A stretch of DNA of 64,000 nt from Candidatus Altiarchaeales archaeon (lineage in GTDB: Archaea; Altiarchaeota; Altiarchaeia; IMC4; SCGC-AAA252-I15), in contig WJMO01000006.1 in assembly GCA_014727915.1 (NCBI GenBank), positions 448,001 to 512,000 of the forward strand. Direction: 5' to 3'. Of this stretch, positions 1 to 10,112 are shown piece after piece. The notes beneath the pieces were generated by a model. That model worked only from the letters and a program-made list of their open reading frames with translations, made no database searches and had not been told where the DNA came from. The position numbers were made by a program, and so were the translations under genes. Positions within the stretch are counted from its first letter, which is position 1, and every line of letters starts with the position of its first letter.

Positions 1-60
1 GAGAAGATCATAGACATGACAATGAAAGGCGAAGGAAAAAGGGAGGAGTGGATGTTCTAA
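1..60 (+). CDS. C-terminal end of upstream gene, probably 2-oxoacid:ferredoxin oxidoreductase alpha subunit (partial)
   Basis: Frame 1 reads EKIIDMTMKGEGKREEWMF* and stops 1 nt before porB; identity inferred from gene order only. Confidence 0.5.
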   Translation, partial: EKIIDMTMKGEGKREEWMF

Positions 61-61
61 G

Positions 62-976
62 ATGGCCATACTAGGATTGGACGAGAAGGAGTATTTCGCC
101 CGCGGGCACAGGGCATGCGCAGGATGCGGGGAGGCACTGGCCCTGAGGCTGGCCATGAAGGTGGCGGGCGAGAACACGGTCGTGGTCCAGTGCACAGGCT
201 GCATGGAAGTGGTGTCCACACCCTACCCTGAGACCGCATGGGAGGTCCCATGGGTCCACGGAGCCTTCGAGAACAACGCCTCAATAGCATCAGGGGTCGA
301 GAGAGCATTAAAGGTGCTCGGCAAAGAGGACGTGAACGTCATGGTCTTGGGAGGCGACGGAGGAACCTACGACATCGGATTCAGAGGACTCTCAGGCGCC
401 TTCGAGAGAGGCCACAACATAACATACATTTGCACAGACAACGAAGCCTACATGAACACGGGGATACAGCGTAGCGGGGCGACACCATACGGGGCGTCAA
501 CCACCACGTCCCCGGCAGGGAAGGTCATACCGGGGAAGGAAGAGCAGAAGAAGGACCTGGTAAGCATAATCGCGGCTCACGGGTCGCCTTATGTGGCGAC
601 CGCGTCGGTCGGATACCACGCAGACCTCGTTAGGAAGGTGAAGACCGCGTTGGAGACGAAGGGGCCGACGTTCGTCAACATATACAGCCCCTGCGTGCCG
701 GGTTGGAGGACCGACCCAGCCAAGAGCATCACAATCGCCAAACTAGGAGTGGAAACCGGGGCAACACCATTGTTCGAGATAATAGACGGGAAGCACGTTC
801 TGAACATGCCCCAGAACCCGGAGAACCTCAAACCAGTGGAAGAATACCTGAAGCTCCAGGGAAGGTTCAGGCACCTGTTCAGGCCGGAGAAGAACGAGGA
901 AATACTGTCATCCATAGAGGCGCACGCCAAAGAGAACCTTAAGAGGATAAAGGAGCTCGCGGAAAAGGGCTGCTGA
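62..976 (+). CDS. porB: Pyruvate/2-oxoacid:ferredoxin oxidoreductase beta subunit (TPP-binding)
   Basis: GHRACAGCG, TGC, GGDGG...DIG, DNEAYMNTGIQRS and SPC motifs. Confidence 0.93.
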   Translation: MAILGLDEKEYFARGHRACAGCGEALALRLAMKVAGENTVVVQCTGCMEVVSTPYPETAWEVPWVHGAFENNASIASGVERALKVLGKEDVNVMVLGGDGGTYDIGFRGLSGAFERGHNITYICTDNEAYMNTGIQRSGATPYGASTTTSPAGKVIPGKEEQKKDLVSIIAAHGSPYVATASVGYHADLVRKVKTALETKGPTFVNIYSPCVPGWRTDPAKSITIAKLGVETGATPLFEIIDGKHVLNMPQNPENLKPVEEYLKLQGRFRHLFRPEKNEEILSSIEAHAKENLKRIKELAEKGC

Positions 977-1055
977 AGCTATGTTTTTTAAGGTATGGTT
1001 TCAATAGTAATAGACGTTTACGTTTGTTTTTTACTACGTAAGTGGGGTGTAACTG

Positions 1056-2201
1056 ATGGATTCGATAGTCCAGGAAGCGATTAACAAGGCGAATGCGGGA
1101 GGCAGTGAAAGTACAAGCAGACAAGGTCCCCAGGGCAGAGGCTCCGACAGCGATGAAGAGCTGCGGAGGATAGTCGAAGGGATCAAGACTTCAATAAAGG
1201 TTGTGGGCTGCGGAGGAGCAGGCTGCAACACCATAGACAGGCTGTTGGACATGGGCGTGGAAGGCGGCGAAGTCATAACAGTAAACACTGACGCACTGCA
1301 CCTACTGTACTCAAAGGCCCCCAGCAAGATACTCATAGGCACCAGCGTGACAGGCGGTGTGGGAGCAGGCAACGACCCGGAGATAGGGGAACAGTGCGCT
1401 GAAGCAGATGTTGACAAGATATCAAGCGCATTGCAGGGCGCGGACCTTGTTTTCGTGACCTGCGGCCTGGGCGGAGGCACCGGAACAGGCAGCGCCCCGG
1501 TAGTCGCTGAAATCGCCAAGGAACTGCAGGCACTTACAATAGCGATCGTTACACTCCCGTTCAGCGTGGAAGGGCATGTTAGAGCAGAAAACGCGCTTAA
1601 AGGCCTTAAGAAGCTGAGGAAATACGCGGACACAGTGATAGTCATACCCAACGACCGGCTCTTGGACATAGCACCCAACCTGCCGTTGAACGCCGCTTTC
1701 AAGGTCGCGGACGAGCTGTTGAGCAACAGCGTCAAGGGAATAACGGAGATGGTCACCAAGCCAGGACTGGTCAACCTGGACTTCGCGGACGTCCGCGCAA
1801 TCATGAAGGACGGCGGGACAGCGATGATAGGCTTGGGCGCCTCATCAAAGGACACGTCAATGGAGGCGAGGAGCAGGGAGTCCGTCGAGAAGGCGCTGAC
1901 ATCGCCGCTGCTGGACACGGACATAAGCAACGCCGTGGGAGCGCTGATAAACATCATAGGCTCGAGGGACATGACACTGGAGGAGTCCGAGGAGATCGTG
2001 AGGATAGTCTCTGAGAGGATAAGCCCCGACGCAGAGATAATATGGGGGGCCCAGATCGAGGAAGGCCTCGAGAGGAACGTCATAAAGACGCTGCTTATTC
2101 TGTCGGGAGTCAGCGTCCCAGGCTACGAGGAGGAGCTTGAGGACAAGGTCGAACGGCATGAGGGCAAGGGAGGCGCAGACATAGGGTTAAAGAGCCTCTG
2201 A
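1056..2201 (+). CDS. ftsZ: Cell division protein FtsZ
   Basis: [15 protein letters not shown] tubulin signature, NLDFADV; conserved ftsZ-secE-spt5 context. Confidence 0.97.
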   Translation: MDSIVQEAINKANAGGSESTSRQGPQGRGSDSDEELRRIVEGIKTSIKVVGCGGAGCNTIDRLLDMGVEGGEVITVNTDALHLLYSKAPSKILIGTSVTGGVGAGNDPEIGEQCAEADVDKISSALQGADLVFVTCGLGGGTGTGSAPVVAEIAKELQALTIAIVTLPFSVEGHVRAENALKGLKKLRKYADTVIVIPNDRLLDIAPNLPLNAAFKVADELLSNSVKGITEMVTKPGLVNLDFADVRAIMKDGGTAMIGLGASSKDTSMEARSRESVEKALTSPLLDTDISNAVGALINIIGSRDMTLEESEEIVRIVSERISPDAEIIWGAQIEEGLERNVIKTLLILSGVSVPGYEEELEDKVERHEGKGGADIGLKSL

Positions 2202-2265
2202 AACGCGGTATGAGCGTTTTAGGGAGGTTTTTATACCCTTACTTCCTTATAGTTGGAGTCAGAGT

Positions 2266-2430
2266 ATGATAGCTAAGGCCATCAGCGAGACACGGAGGAT
2301 ACTGAGGCTAACGAGGAAACCCAAGTCCTCTGAGTTCAACGAGAGCAGCAAGATATGCGCGGCAGGCATACTCTTGACAGGATTCGTAGGATTCATAATA
2401 TTCCTGATTTTCAGGGTATTATTCGACTAA
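2266..2430 (+). CDS. secE: Protein translocase SecE/Sec61-gamma (54 aa; below ORF-track cutoff)
   Basis: Manual translation MIAKAISETRRILRLTRKPKSSEF...GILLTGFVGFIIFLIF; lies between ftsZ and spt5. Confidence 0.92.
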   Translation: MIAKAISETRRILRLTRKPKSSEFNESSKICAAGILLTGFVGFIIFLIFRVLFD

Positions 2431-2431
2431 A

Positions 2432-2941
2432 ATGAGCGAGAACCCGAAGATATACGCTGTGAAGGCGACCGCCGGCCAGGAGCGCGTGGTAGCCGAGCTC
2501 CTATACCGGGAGGCCAACAACAAGAGAGACATGATAAAGGCCGAGGGAGGCGCCATATACAGCGTACTATACACCACCGGACTTAAAGGATATGTTCTGG
2601 TGGAGGCGAACAGCCCGGGCGTAGTGGACGACCTCGCGAGAGAGGTTCCTAAGACAAGGGGTCTGCTATTGAAGGAGAAGGGCAACCTGGAGAGCGCCGG
2701 GATAATACCCATCGAAGACCTGGAGAAAACACTGACTCCGACTTCGATAGTCTCTGAGGTGTCTCGCGGAGACCTGATAGAGCTGATAGCCGGCCCGTTC
2801 AAGGGTGAGAAGGCCAGGGTCGCCAGGATAGACAAGGACAAGAACGAGATAACGGTAGAGTTGATCGAAGCCGCCGTCCCCATACCGGTGATAGTGAGCG
2901 GAGACGACATCAAAGTGTTGGTGAGGGAGAAGGATGACTAA
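2432..2941 (+). CDS. spt5: Transcription elongation factor Spt5/NusG
   Basis: YAVKATAGQE, LKGYVLVE NGN domain; KOW motif GPFKGEKARV. Confidence 0.96.
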   Translation: MSENPKIYAVKATAGQERVVAELLYREANNKRDMIKAEGGAIYSVLYTTGLKGYVLVEANSPGVVDDLAREVPKTRGLLLKEKGNLESAGIIPIEDLEKTLTPTSIVSEVSRGDLIELIAGPFKGEKARVARIDKDKNEITVELIEAAVPIPVIVSGDDIKVLVREKDD

Positions 2942-3596
2942 GAAGGAGACAGTCAAGATACTGGTCGACGGCGGAGCCGCCACCGCAGGACCGCCGCTAG
3001 GCCCAGCACTGGGCCCCATGGGAGTAAACGCCCAGAAGGTGGTCGAAGAGATCAACAAGGCCACGGAATCGTTCAAGGGCATGAAAGTCCCTGTGGAGGT
3101 CATAGTGGACCCCAGCACCAAGGAGTTCGAGGTCAAGATAGGCAGCCCGCCAACGTCAGCCCTACTGCTAAAGGCACTGGGCGCTGAGAAGGGAAGCGGA
3201 TCAAAGGACGCGACCGGCGACCTGAGCTTCGACCAGGTCCTGGAAGTGGCCAAGGGCAAGCAGGGCAGCATACTAGCCAACAGCCTGAAAGGGGCTGTGT
3301 TGGAGATCGTAGGCACCTGCCAGAGCCTCAACATCACAATAAACGGTTTGACCCCTAAGGAGATGACAGCCGCCTTGAAGGAGGGCAAGCTGGACGACTA
3401 CATCTCAGGCAAGACCGACAAGCTACCAGCACTAACACACCACGAGGAGGAGAAGGTAAAGATCGTGGGCATGGAAGAGAGGAAACCCGAGGAGAAACCA
3501 GCAGAGGAAGAAGGGGAGACGAAGGAGGGGGAAACCCCGGAAGAAGGTAAGGAAAAGGACGATAAAGCCCCAGAGAAGGGGGAAAAGAAGGGATAA
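2934..3596 (+). CDS. rpl11: 50S ribosomal protein L11 with long charged C-terminal extension
   Basis: GGAATAGPPLGPALGP, PPTSALL, EIVGTCQSL. Confidence 0.96.
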   Translation: MTKKETVKILVDGGAATAGPPLGPALGPMGVNAQKVVEEINKATESFKGMKVPVEVIVDPSTKEFEVKIGSPPTSALLLKALGAEKGSGSKDATGDLSFDQVLEVAKGKQGSILANSLKGAVLEIVGTCQSLNITINGLTPKEMTAALKEGKLDDYISGKTDKLPALTHHEEEKVKIVGMEERKPEEKPAEEEGETKEGETPEEGKEKDDKAPEKGEKKG

Positions 3597-3636
3597 TTTT
3601 TAAAGGAGTATTACGTAGTGTTTTAAGCCCGTTTCA

Positions 3637-3658
3637 CCAGCCGGCTCTATCTGGCTGG
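3637..3658 (+). promoter_or_regulatory. Hairpin abutting the rpl1 Shine-Dalgarno
   Basis: CCAGCCGG-ctctat-CTGGCTGG stem running into GGAGGGAG upstream of ATG 3672. Confidence 0.4.
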
Positions 3659-3671
3659 GAGGGAGCAAACC

Positions 3672-4301
3672 ATGGAGAAGGATCAGATAAAACCCAAGAT
3701 CGAGGACGCACTGTCCAAGAGGACAGAGCGAAAGTTCAAACAGTCAGTTGAGGTGATATTCAACTTCTCCGACGTCAACGTCGAAGGAGAGCACAAGCTG
3801 AACCTAAACGTCCAACTGCCAAGGGGAAGGGGGAAGGACGTTGAAGTGGGTGTCTTCGCCGACGGCGACATGAACGTGCGCGCCAAGAAGGTGAGCAAGC
3901 ACGTACTCAGCAAATCCGAACTGGAGGAATACGCGAAAGACAAGAGAGAGATGAGGAAGTTCGCGGGCAGATGCTACAGTTTCATAGCCCAGCCGGACCT
4001 GATGGCAACCATCGGTAAGTCCTGGGGCATCGTGTTGGGCCCGAGGGGCAAGATGCCCCAGCCGGTACCGCCCAACGCGAACATCGACGATGCCATGGAG
4101 AAGGTCAAGAACACCGTCAGGGTAAAGACCAAGAAGATGCCTAACGTCCAGGTTCCCGTGGGAACGGAGGACATGACCCCGGACGACCTTGCGGAAAACA
4201 TAATGGCCGTTTACACGGCAGTAGAGCGTGTGATACACGTCGACCATATTTCCTCGGTATATGTGAAGACGACCATGGGGGAGGCGGTGCAGATATGGTA
4301 G
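3672..4301 (+). CDS. rpl1: 50S ribosomal protein L1
   Basis: RKFKQSVE, LPRGRG, LGPRGKMP, VYVKTTMG. Confidence 0.97.
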   Translation: MEKDQIKPKIEDALSKRTERKFKQSVEVIFNFSDVNVEGEHKLNLNVQLPRGRGKDVEVGVFADGDMNVRAKKVSKHVLSKSELEEYAKDKREMRKFAGRCYSFIAQPDLMATIGKSWGIVLGPRGKMPQPVPPNANIDDAMEKVKNTVRVKTKKMPNVQVPVGTEDMTPDDLAENIMAVYTAVERVIHVDHISSVYVKTTMGEAVQIW

Positions 4302-5347
4302 CCCCCTGGAAGAAGGACATGGTAAAGGAGGCGGCCAAGAGGATAAAATCCCGCAAGGTAGTGGGAGTAGTCAAGATCAGCGGCGTTCCATCAAAGCAGA
4401 TGCAGGACATGAGGAAGAAGCTCAAAGGGGACGCGGACATCATAGTCTCAAGGAGCACCATATTGAAGAGGGCCCTGGAGAAGGCGGGTGTGAAGGGCCT
4501 GGAAGAGTATCTTAAAGGCCCCTCAGGGCTTATATTGTCGGACCTCAACCCGTTCCAGCTTGAGAAGCTGCTTTACAGCAACAGATCAAAAGCCCCAGCA
4601 AAGCCGGGGAACATCGCACCATACGACCTAACAGTCCCCGAGGGTGACACTGGACTGCCTGCGGGGCCGGTGATCGGAGACCTCCAGGGCGCGGGAGTGA
4701 AAGCCAAGATACAAGGCGGGAAGATCATGGTGACCGAGGATTCTCTTCTCGTAAATGGGGGTGATCCCGTTAACGAGAAGGTCGCGACCGTGCTCGCGAG
4801 GCTCGGCATCGAGCCCATGGAGATCATGCTCAAACTTAACGCCGCCCACGAGGACGGAACGGTATACTCCGGTGACGTCCTGCACATCGACGAAGCTGAG
4901 ACGCTCGCCAGATTCCAGGACGCCCACAGGAAGGCGTTCAACCTCAGCTACCACGCGAGGATATTCAACAAGCACGTGGTCGAGGTGCTGCTGACCGAAG
5001 CCGTCTGCAACGCCAGGAACCTTATGGTGAACGCGGAGATAATCAACAAGGACACCATCGAGCTCTTCCTCGGTAAGGCGGACGCCCACGCCAAAGCATT
5101 GAGGAGCGCACTGCCCCCGGAGGCCTTCGACGGAAAGAAAGAAGAAGCTCCAGTTGACGGGAAGAAGGAGGACGCTCCGGCAGAAGAGAAAGAGACAGCG
5201 GCTGAGGAAAAGAAAGAGGAAGCTCTGGCAGAGGATAAAAAGGAGGATAAGCCAGCCGAGGAAAAGAAAGATGAGTCCCCGGATGCCGACGAGAAACCCG
5301 ATCCCCCAGAAGAAAAGCCAGCCGAACCCGAGAAAAAAGACGAGTAA
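4295..5347 (+). CDS. rpl10: 50S ribosomal protein L10/P0 with repetitive acidic tail
   Basis: VAPWKK, APAKPG...GDTGLPAGP, L.RLGIEPM; operon position. Confidence 0.95.
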   Translation: MVAPWKKDMVKEAAKRIKSRKVVGVVKISGVPSKQMQDMRKKLKGDADIIVSRSTILKRALEKAGVKGLEEYLKGPSGLILSDLNPFQLEKLLYSNRSKAPAKPGNIAPYDLTVPEGDTGLPAGPVIGDLQGAGVKAKIQGGKIMVTEDSLLVNGGDPVNEKVATVLARLGIEPMEIMLKLNAAHEDGTVYSGDVLHIDEAETLARFQDAHRKAFNLSYHARIFNKHVVEVLLTEAVCNARNLMVNAEIINKDTIELFLGKADAHAKALRSALPPEAFDGKKEEAPVDGKKEDAPAEEKETAAEEKKEEALAEDKKEDKPAEEKKDESPDADEKPDPPEEKPAEPEKKDE

Positions 5348-5428
5348 AAACTATTTGGGTTTTTCTTCAAATAATTTATAAAAATTTTCTATTTGTTTTA
5401 ATTCTCGTGTTTCCCCAAGTTTTAACAT

Positions 5429-6043
5429 ATGCCGGAGACAGTATACCGTATGATCAACTGCACCAGCCTGGTGGGTAACATCTGCGGCCGGGGAGAGGAC
5501 GCGCTACTCTACCTCGCAGACGAAGTCCGGAAGAGAGATGGCAGCCTCCCAGGTGACGGCATGTTCGGGCTTATGGGATTCGAACGGGATAGGGTAGAGT
5601 TGAACGTGGAGGAGGGCAGGAAAGCCGACGCCATGGTGACGAACACCATCTTCTACAGGTGCCCGGCAGCTTATGTTGCAATACCACGCCAGGAAGTTGG
5701 AGGATCAGGTGTTGGATTGAGCGTGTACCTGAACCGGCCCAGAACGGGGAGGAACCTGGAGAAGATATGCGACATAGCCAGCGAGGAAGTAGAACGCATA
5801 TGGGACGCTGGTGACCTCAACCCTGATTTCGCAGAGCGTGTTAAGCAAGGACCGGTCTACCACCGGGATGGGGACAGCATGGTAAGGTTCAGGCACAATA
5901 GAAAGGGAGAGCAGAGACCACAATCGACGGAAACATTAAAGGAAGACGTGATAACAGAGGAGCGGTGGACGTTGGATGGGAGGGGAGGGGCGACCATCAC
6001 CCTGAAATCATACACGCCGGAAGGCAGGAGAAGACAGGGATAA
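5429..6043 (+). CDS. Hypothetical protein (ORFan-like)
   Basis: 204-aa ORF preceded by AT-rich TTTATAAA promoter-like region; no recognisable motif. Confidence 0.6.
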   Translation: MPETVYRMINCTSLVGNICGRGEDALLYLADEVRKRDGSLPGDGMFGLMGFERDRVELNVEEGRKADAMVTNTIFYRCPAAYVAIPRQEVGGSGVGLSVYLNRPRTGRNLEKICDIASEEVERIWDAGDLNPDFAERVKQGPVYHRDGDSMVRFRHNRKGEQRPQSTETLKEDVITEERWTLDGRGGATITLKSYTPEGRRRQG

Positions 6044-6044
6044 T

Positions 6045-6359
6045 ATGGACTACATAGACGGATTCGGGTGGATAGGGATAACGTTGCTTGCGTTGATGTT
6101 AGTATACAGGCTTCTTCAGAGGATACTATTCACCCCCGAGGACGAGTTCGTGCCTGATGGATTGCTGGTCTGCCCCGCATGCGGGAGCAGGAACATATCA
6201 GGCCTGAAACACAATAAAAACTGGCTGAAACGGTTCGGGCCCATAATGGGAGTGTACACGTGCCAGGACTGCGACTACGACGGCCTGCCCCTGCAGGTGA
6301 ACACTGAAAGGGACCAGCAGCTTTTGGAGGACATGAAAAAGGATGAAGATAGAGTTTGA
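6045..6359 (+). CDS. Membrane-anchored zinc-ribbon protein
   Basis: N-terminal TM; CPACG...CQDC. Confidence 0.7.
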   Translation: MDYIDGFGWIGITLLALMLVYRLLQRILFTPEDEFVPDGLLVCPACGSRNISGLKHNKNWLKRFGPIMGVYTCQDCDYDGLPLQVNTERDQQLLEDMKKDEDRV

Positions 6360-7110
6360 CCTGAGGAAGACCGTTCCAGAGAACGCGACAGAACACTACA
6401 GCAGGTCCAAGAAGTACAAGAGGAAGCTACCAGGTATGGAGAAGGCCATAGCCGACACCAAAAAGAAACTGGAGAACGTGGTCGAAGACGCGCCGGAAGA
6501 GCCCAGGATGAGGAGGAAGGTAGAGCGCAGGTGGTATGAGAAGTTCCGGTGGTTCAGGAGCAGCGACGGCCTCCTCGTGCTAGGAGGGAGGGATGCGACC
6601 ACCAACGACATACTCGTGAAAAAGCACCTTGAAGCAAACGACTTGGTCTTCCACGCCAACGTCCAGGGCGCGCCCTTCATCGTCGTCAAGAACGAGAGGG
6701 GAGGCGAAGTGCCTGAGAGGACGATAACAGAGGCTGCGACCGCTGCCGCATCCTACAGCAAGGCCTGGAGCCGGGGGATGGGCAGCTGCGACGTCTACCA
6801 GGTGAACCCCGACCAGGTGAGCAAAACACCTCCAAGCGGCGAATACCTCCCCAAGGGGGCTTTCATGATATACGGGGAGAAGACCTGGCACAAGAACACA
6901 CCCCTGGAAGTGGCGGTAGGACTATTGGATGATAATGTCATCGGAGGGCCGGCGGAGGCCGTGAAATCCCGGACAGACAACTATGTAACCGTCGGCGTTG
7001 GTGATGTTAAGCAGGGAGCCCTCGCCAAACAAGTCCGCAGCAGGCTCGGAGGCGGAGACTTGGAAGAGATACAACGGCACCTGCCCGGAGGAAGCGGAAA
7101 AATAAAATGA
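6343..7110 (+). CDS. NFACT RNA-binding (DUF814) domain protein, short Rqc2/RqcH-like
   Basis: WYEKFRWF, GGRDA..ND.LVK, FHA, YSKAW, QVSKTPPSGEYLPKGAFMIYG. Confidence 0.9.
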   Translation: MKIEFDLRKTVPENATEHYSRSKKYKRKLPGMEKAIADTKKKLENVVEDAPEEPRMRRKVERRWYEKFRWFRSSDGLLVLGGRDATTNDILVKKHLEANDLVFHANVQGAPFIVVKNERGGEVPERTITEAATAAASYSKAWSRGMGSCDVYQVNPDQVSKTPPSGEYLPKGAFMIYGEKTWHKNTPLEVAVGLLDDNVIGGPAEAVKSRTDNYVTVGVGDVKQGALAKQVRSRLGGGDLEEIQRHLPGGSGKIK

Positions 7111-7313
7111 ACCCTGTTTTGCTGATAATAGGATTCATGCTTGTTGTTGCTGGCAGCGGGAATTTTCTGATAAAGAAACATTTCCTTGACAAGATGGAGT
7201 CAACGCCCATTCCAATATTCAAAGGAGATTTAGCAGGCAGAATACACACGATAGGTTCCATAATGATCATATCGGTTGGATTATCATTTATTGCTCTTGG
7301 AGTAGTCAGTTAG
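7107..7313 (+). CDS. Small two-TM membrane protein
   Basis: 68 aa, two hydrophobic segments, ATGA overlap with upstream stop. Confidence 0.55.
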   Translation: MNPVLLIIGFMLVVAGSGNFLIKKHFLDKMESTPIPIFKGDLAGRIHTIGSIMIISVGLSFIALGVVS

Positions 7314-8344
7314 GTCTGTTTTGCTAGTCTCGTCTTCCGGGGTTTGAATATCAGGTACGCTATCAGAAGCACTGCAGCTGCTGCCAGGGCAGCCAACCTT
7401 ATGCCCCTGGTTTCCAGCAGGAGCTGATATGCTAGCAGAGATGATGTTACAGGTATCGTCTTGGCTATGCCCTTTATCTCCGATAGCTTGATTGCGACGA
7501 AGGCGAGTGGTATTGCTATTAGGAGGAGCGAAGTGGACAGTAACAGCACTATTACCGTGAACTTCAACGCTATTGCAACATATGATGCGAGCTGGCCTTG
7601 AACCTGTTCGACTGGGAAGTAACCCTGGGATGTGAACACCAGCGCCGCCAGGAACGCAAGGAAGAACACCGCACTGAACAGGTTCTTAGAGAGTGAGCCA
7701 AATGATCCTCTGAAGTCAACGCTGCTGGGGGCGGCCCCAACTGCAAAGCAGAACTGCAGATAGATGAATAGGAACACAACAGGCTGGGTGAAATCCAACC
7801 GTGAAGCAGAGTCAACCATCAATGAGATGATGGAGGATGATAGGGCAAGTGCATCGCCAGAATTCCCTATGGGATCTGGATTCACCAGGTCCAAGAGCGT
7901 GCCGCCGTTCAGGAGGTTGAAGAGGAAGAGCATCAGCCCGCAGCCGAAGAAGGGAGCGAAACCCACAATGAACTCCCGGAAAACGATCCACTTGTCCCGG
8001 CGCTGGGTGTATGATACGAACCCGACGACGCCGGTGCGTGGGTTGGGCTTGAACAACGACACCTTCGTCACGGTGCAGCCGGTGATAAGCGCTGCGAACA
8101 AGTGACATAGCTCGTGCAGGATGGTCCCAGGGGCTATTAGCAGTGTGAACCACCGGGTCCTATACCCCACTTTGGACACGAGAATATCCTCCAATACGTC
8201 GCTCAAGGTCACCTGTACCGCGAATAAAGCCGGGATGGCGGATATGAGATAACGGTAGGTGAAAGCTTCCAGCAGGTGCCATAGGACGGCGGAAAACACG
8301 GCCAAAAGCAATATTGTTGGTAGTCTGCCCTTGAAGAAAGCCAT
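7310..8344 (-). CDS. Membrane metalloprotease, M50B-like
   Basis: PGTILHELCH (HExxH), G.V, APFF, PSSVD; multi-TM. Confidence 0.75.
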   Translation of the reverse strand: MAFFKGRLPTILLLAVFSAVLWHLLEAFTYRYLISAIPALFAVQVTLSDVLEDILVSKVGYRTRWFTLLIAPGTILHELCHLFAALITGCTVTKVSLFKPNPRTGVVGFVSYTQRRDKWIVFREFIVGFAPFFGCGLMLFLFNLLNGGTLLDLVNPDPIGNSGDALALSSSIISLMVDSASRLDFTQPVVFLFIYLQFCFAVGAAPSSVDFRGSFGSLSKNLFSAVFFLAFLAALVFTSQGYFPVEQVQGQLASYVAIALKFTVIVLLLSTSLLLIAIPLAFVAIKLSEIKGIAKTIPVTSSLLAYQLLLETRGIRLAALAAAAVLLIAYLIFKPRKTRLAKQT

Positions 8345-8385
8345 ATCGTATATAACATTCCCTGGCATATAATAAACCTGTAATT

Positions 8386-9465
8386 ATGGAATTAGAGGAC
8401 CAGATACGCGAGATAGAAGAGGAAATAGCCAACACCAAATACAACAAGGCCACACAGCACCACATAGGGAAGCTGAAAGCCAAGCTCGCCCAGCTGAAGG
8501 AGAAGGTCGAAACACGCAAGAAGAGCAAGGGAAAAGGCCTTGGATTCGGGGTCCGGAAGACAGGTCACGCGACCGTCGTGTTCGTGGGGCTGCCGTCGGT
8601 GGGAAAGTCCACCCTCTTGAACAGGCTCACCAACGCCCAGAGCAGGGTGGGGGCCTACGAGTTCACCACATTGGAGGTGATACCCGGGATGATGAGCTAC
8701 GAGGGCGTGAACATCCAATTGCTCGACCTGCCGGGGCTGATAACCGGAGCCGCAGGCGGGAAAGGACGGGGTCGTGAGGTTCTTTCGATGGTTAGGAACG
8801 CGGACCTGTGCCTGATAGTGTTGGACGTGAACCGGATAGCGTCCGGGGAGGAGATAAAGAACGAGCTCGAGGACATAGGAGTCAGGCTGGACAAGGAAGA
8901 ACCCGACATAACCCTCAAGAGGAGAGACCGGGGAGGCATCAAGATAACCAAGACCCGGAAGGTCAGGAGATTGGACGAGCAGACAATAAAATCCATACTC
9001 GGCGTCCATGGAATACACAACGCTGACGTGCTCATCAGGGAGGACATAAACGAAGACCAACTGAACGACGCAATACTGGGGAACAGGGTATATGTTCCAT
9101 CCATAGTGGTGGTCAACAAGATAGACACCAAACCAGGCGCCCGGCTGCCCAGAGGATACCTGCCCATATCAGCCGAGGACGGGAGCAACCTGGAGGAGCT
9201 TAAGGACCTCATGTTCAAAAAACTGGACTTCATAAGGGTTTACATGAAGCCGCAGGGGGGTAAGGCAGACTACAAGGAGCCGATGATACTCAAGAAGGGG
9301 GCCACAGTTAAGGATTTATGCGAGAAAATGCATAAGGATTTCGTGGAGAAGTTCAGGTACGCGATCGTCTCGGGGGATAGCGTGAAACACGACGAGCAAC
9401 GGTGCGGGATAACCCATGTACTTAAAGACAGAGACACAGTAACAATAATCAAGGAGCTACAATGA
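8386..9465 (+). CDS. DRG/OBG-family GTPase with TGS domain
   Basis: KYNKATQHHIG, GLPSVGKS, YEFTT, DLPG, NKID, TGS C-terminus. Confidence 0.95.
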   Translation: MELEDQIREIEEEIANTKYNKATQHHIGKLKAKLAQLKEKVETRKKSKGKGLGFGVRKTGHATVVFVGLPSVGKSTLLNRLTNAQSRVGAYEFTTLEVIPGMMSYEGVNIQLLDLPGLITGAAGGKGRGREVLSMVRNADLCLIVLDVNRIASGEEIKNELEDIGVRLDKEEPDITLKRRDRGGIKITKTRKVRRLDEQTIKSILGVHGIHNADVLIREDINEDQLNDAILGNRVYVPSIVVVNKIDTKPGARLPRGYLPISAEDGSNLEELKDLMFKKLDFIRVYMKPQGGKADYKEPMILKKGATVKDLCEKMHKDFVEKFRYAIVSGDSVKHDEQRCGITHVLKDRDTVTIIKELQ

Positions 9466-10109
9466 GGTGGATACTGGCTTTGGCGGGTATGATGCTCTTA
9501 AGCGGGTGCATATGCTGCGGAGGACTGGGAGGGGGAGACACGGTAGAATGCGACCCACCCTACATGGAATACGGGACAGGATGCTGCCTGGACGCCAACG
9601 GTAACAGCGTCTGCGACGGGGACGAGACCGTGGACACCACAGTGCCGTCGCCGCCTACACTGCCGCCGGAGACCCTTCCGCCATCTACGAACCCTCCCCA
9701 GACGACCATAGCCACCACATCATCAACACAGCCTACGGAGTTGACCGTGCCGCTCGCCACAATGCCCCCTAGCACCCTGAAGGCCACATACAACTGCGTC
9801 AAGAACGCGGGATACAACCCAGACCACTTCTTCTTCCTATACAGCAGGGGATGCGGGAGCAAATACACCGACGAGGCGAGGACCGCTTCATACCAGAAGG
9901 GCGTCGATGTGACGCTGGTGGACATTGGCATGCTGGAGCCTGAGGAGATACAGATGATGGAATGCTTCTACGGGACATACACGGAAGGCAACCCAACATT
10001 CGGGGAATGCCCGAAGCTCCTTTGCCCAAAGACGGGAGCGGTGGAAGTCGTCACAGGAAGGCCCGCAGTCCTAACCCAGATGAGGGGTTTCGCAGTCAAG
10101 TGCAGCTAG
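9462..10109 (+). CDS. Cys-rich lipoprotein with Pro/Thr linker
   Basis: Lipobox LSGCICCGG; CCLDANGNSVCD; P/T-rich linker. Confidence 0.75.
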   Translation: MRWILALAGMMLLSGCICCGGLGGGDTVECDPPYMEYGTGCCLDANGNSVCDGDETVDTTVPSPPTLPPETLPPSTNPPQTTIATTSSTQPTELTVPLATMPPSTLKATYNCVKNAGYNPDHFFFLYSRGCGSKYTDEARTASYQKGVDVTLVDIGMLEPEEIQMMECFYGTYTEGNPTFGECPKLLCPKTGAVEVVTGRPAVLTQMRGFAVKCS

Positions 10110-10112
10110 AAG

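Noticed and set aside
1034-2083. Long antisense ORFs (also 32900-33946, 39018-39875, 55778-56650, 50002-50754)
   Set aside because: Shadow frames of well-conserved genes in GC-rich sequence, with no protein motifs.
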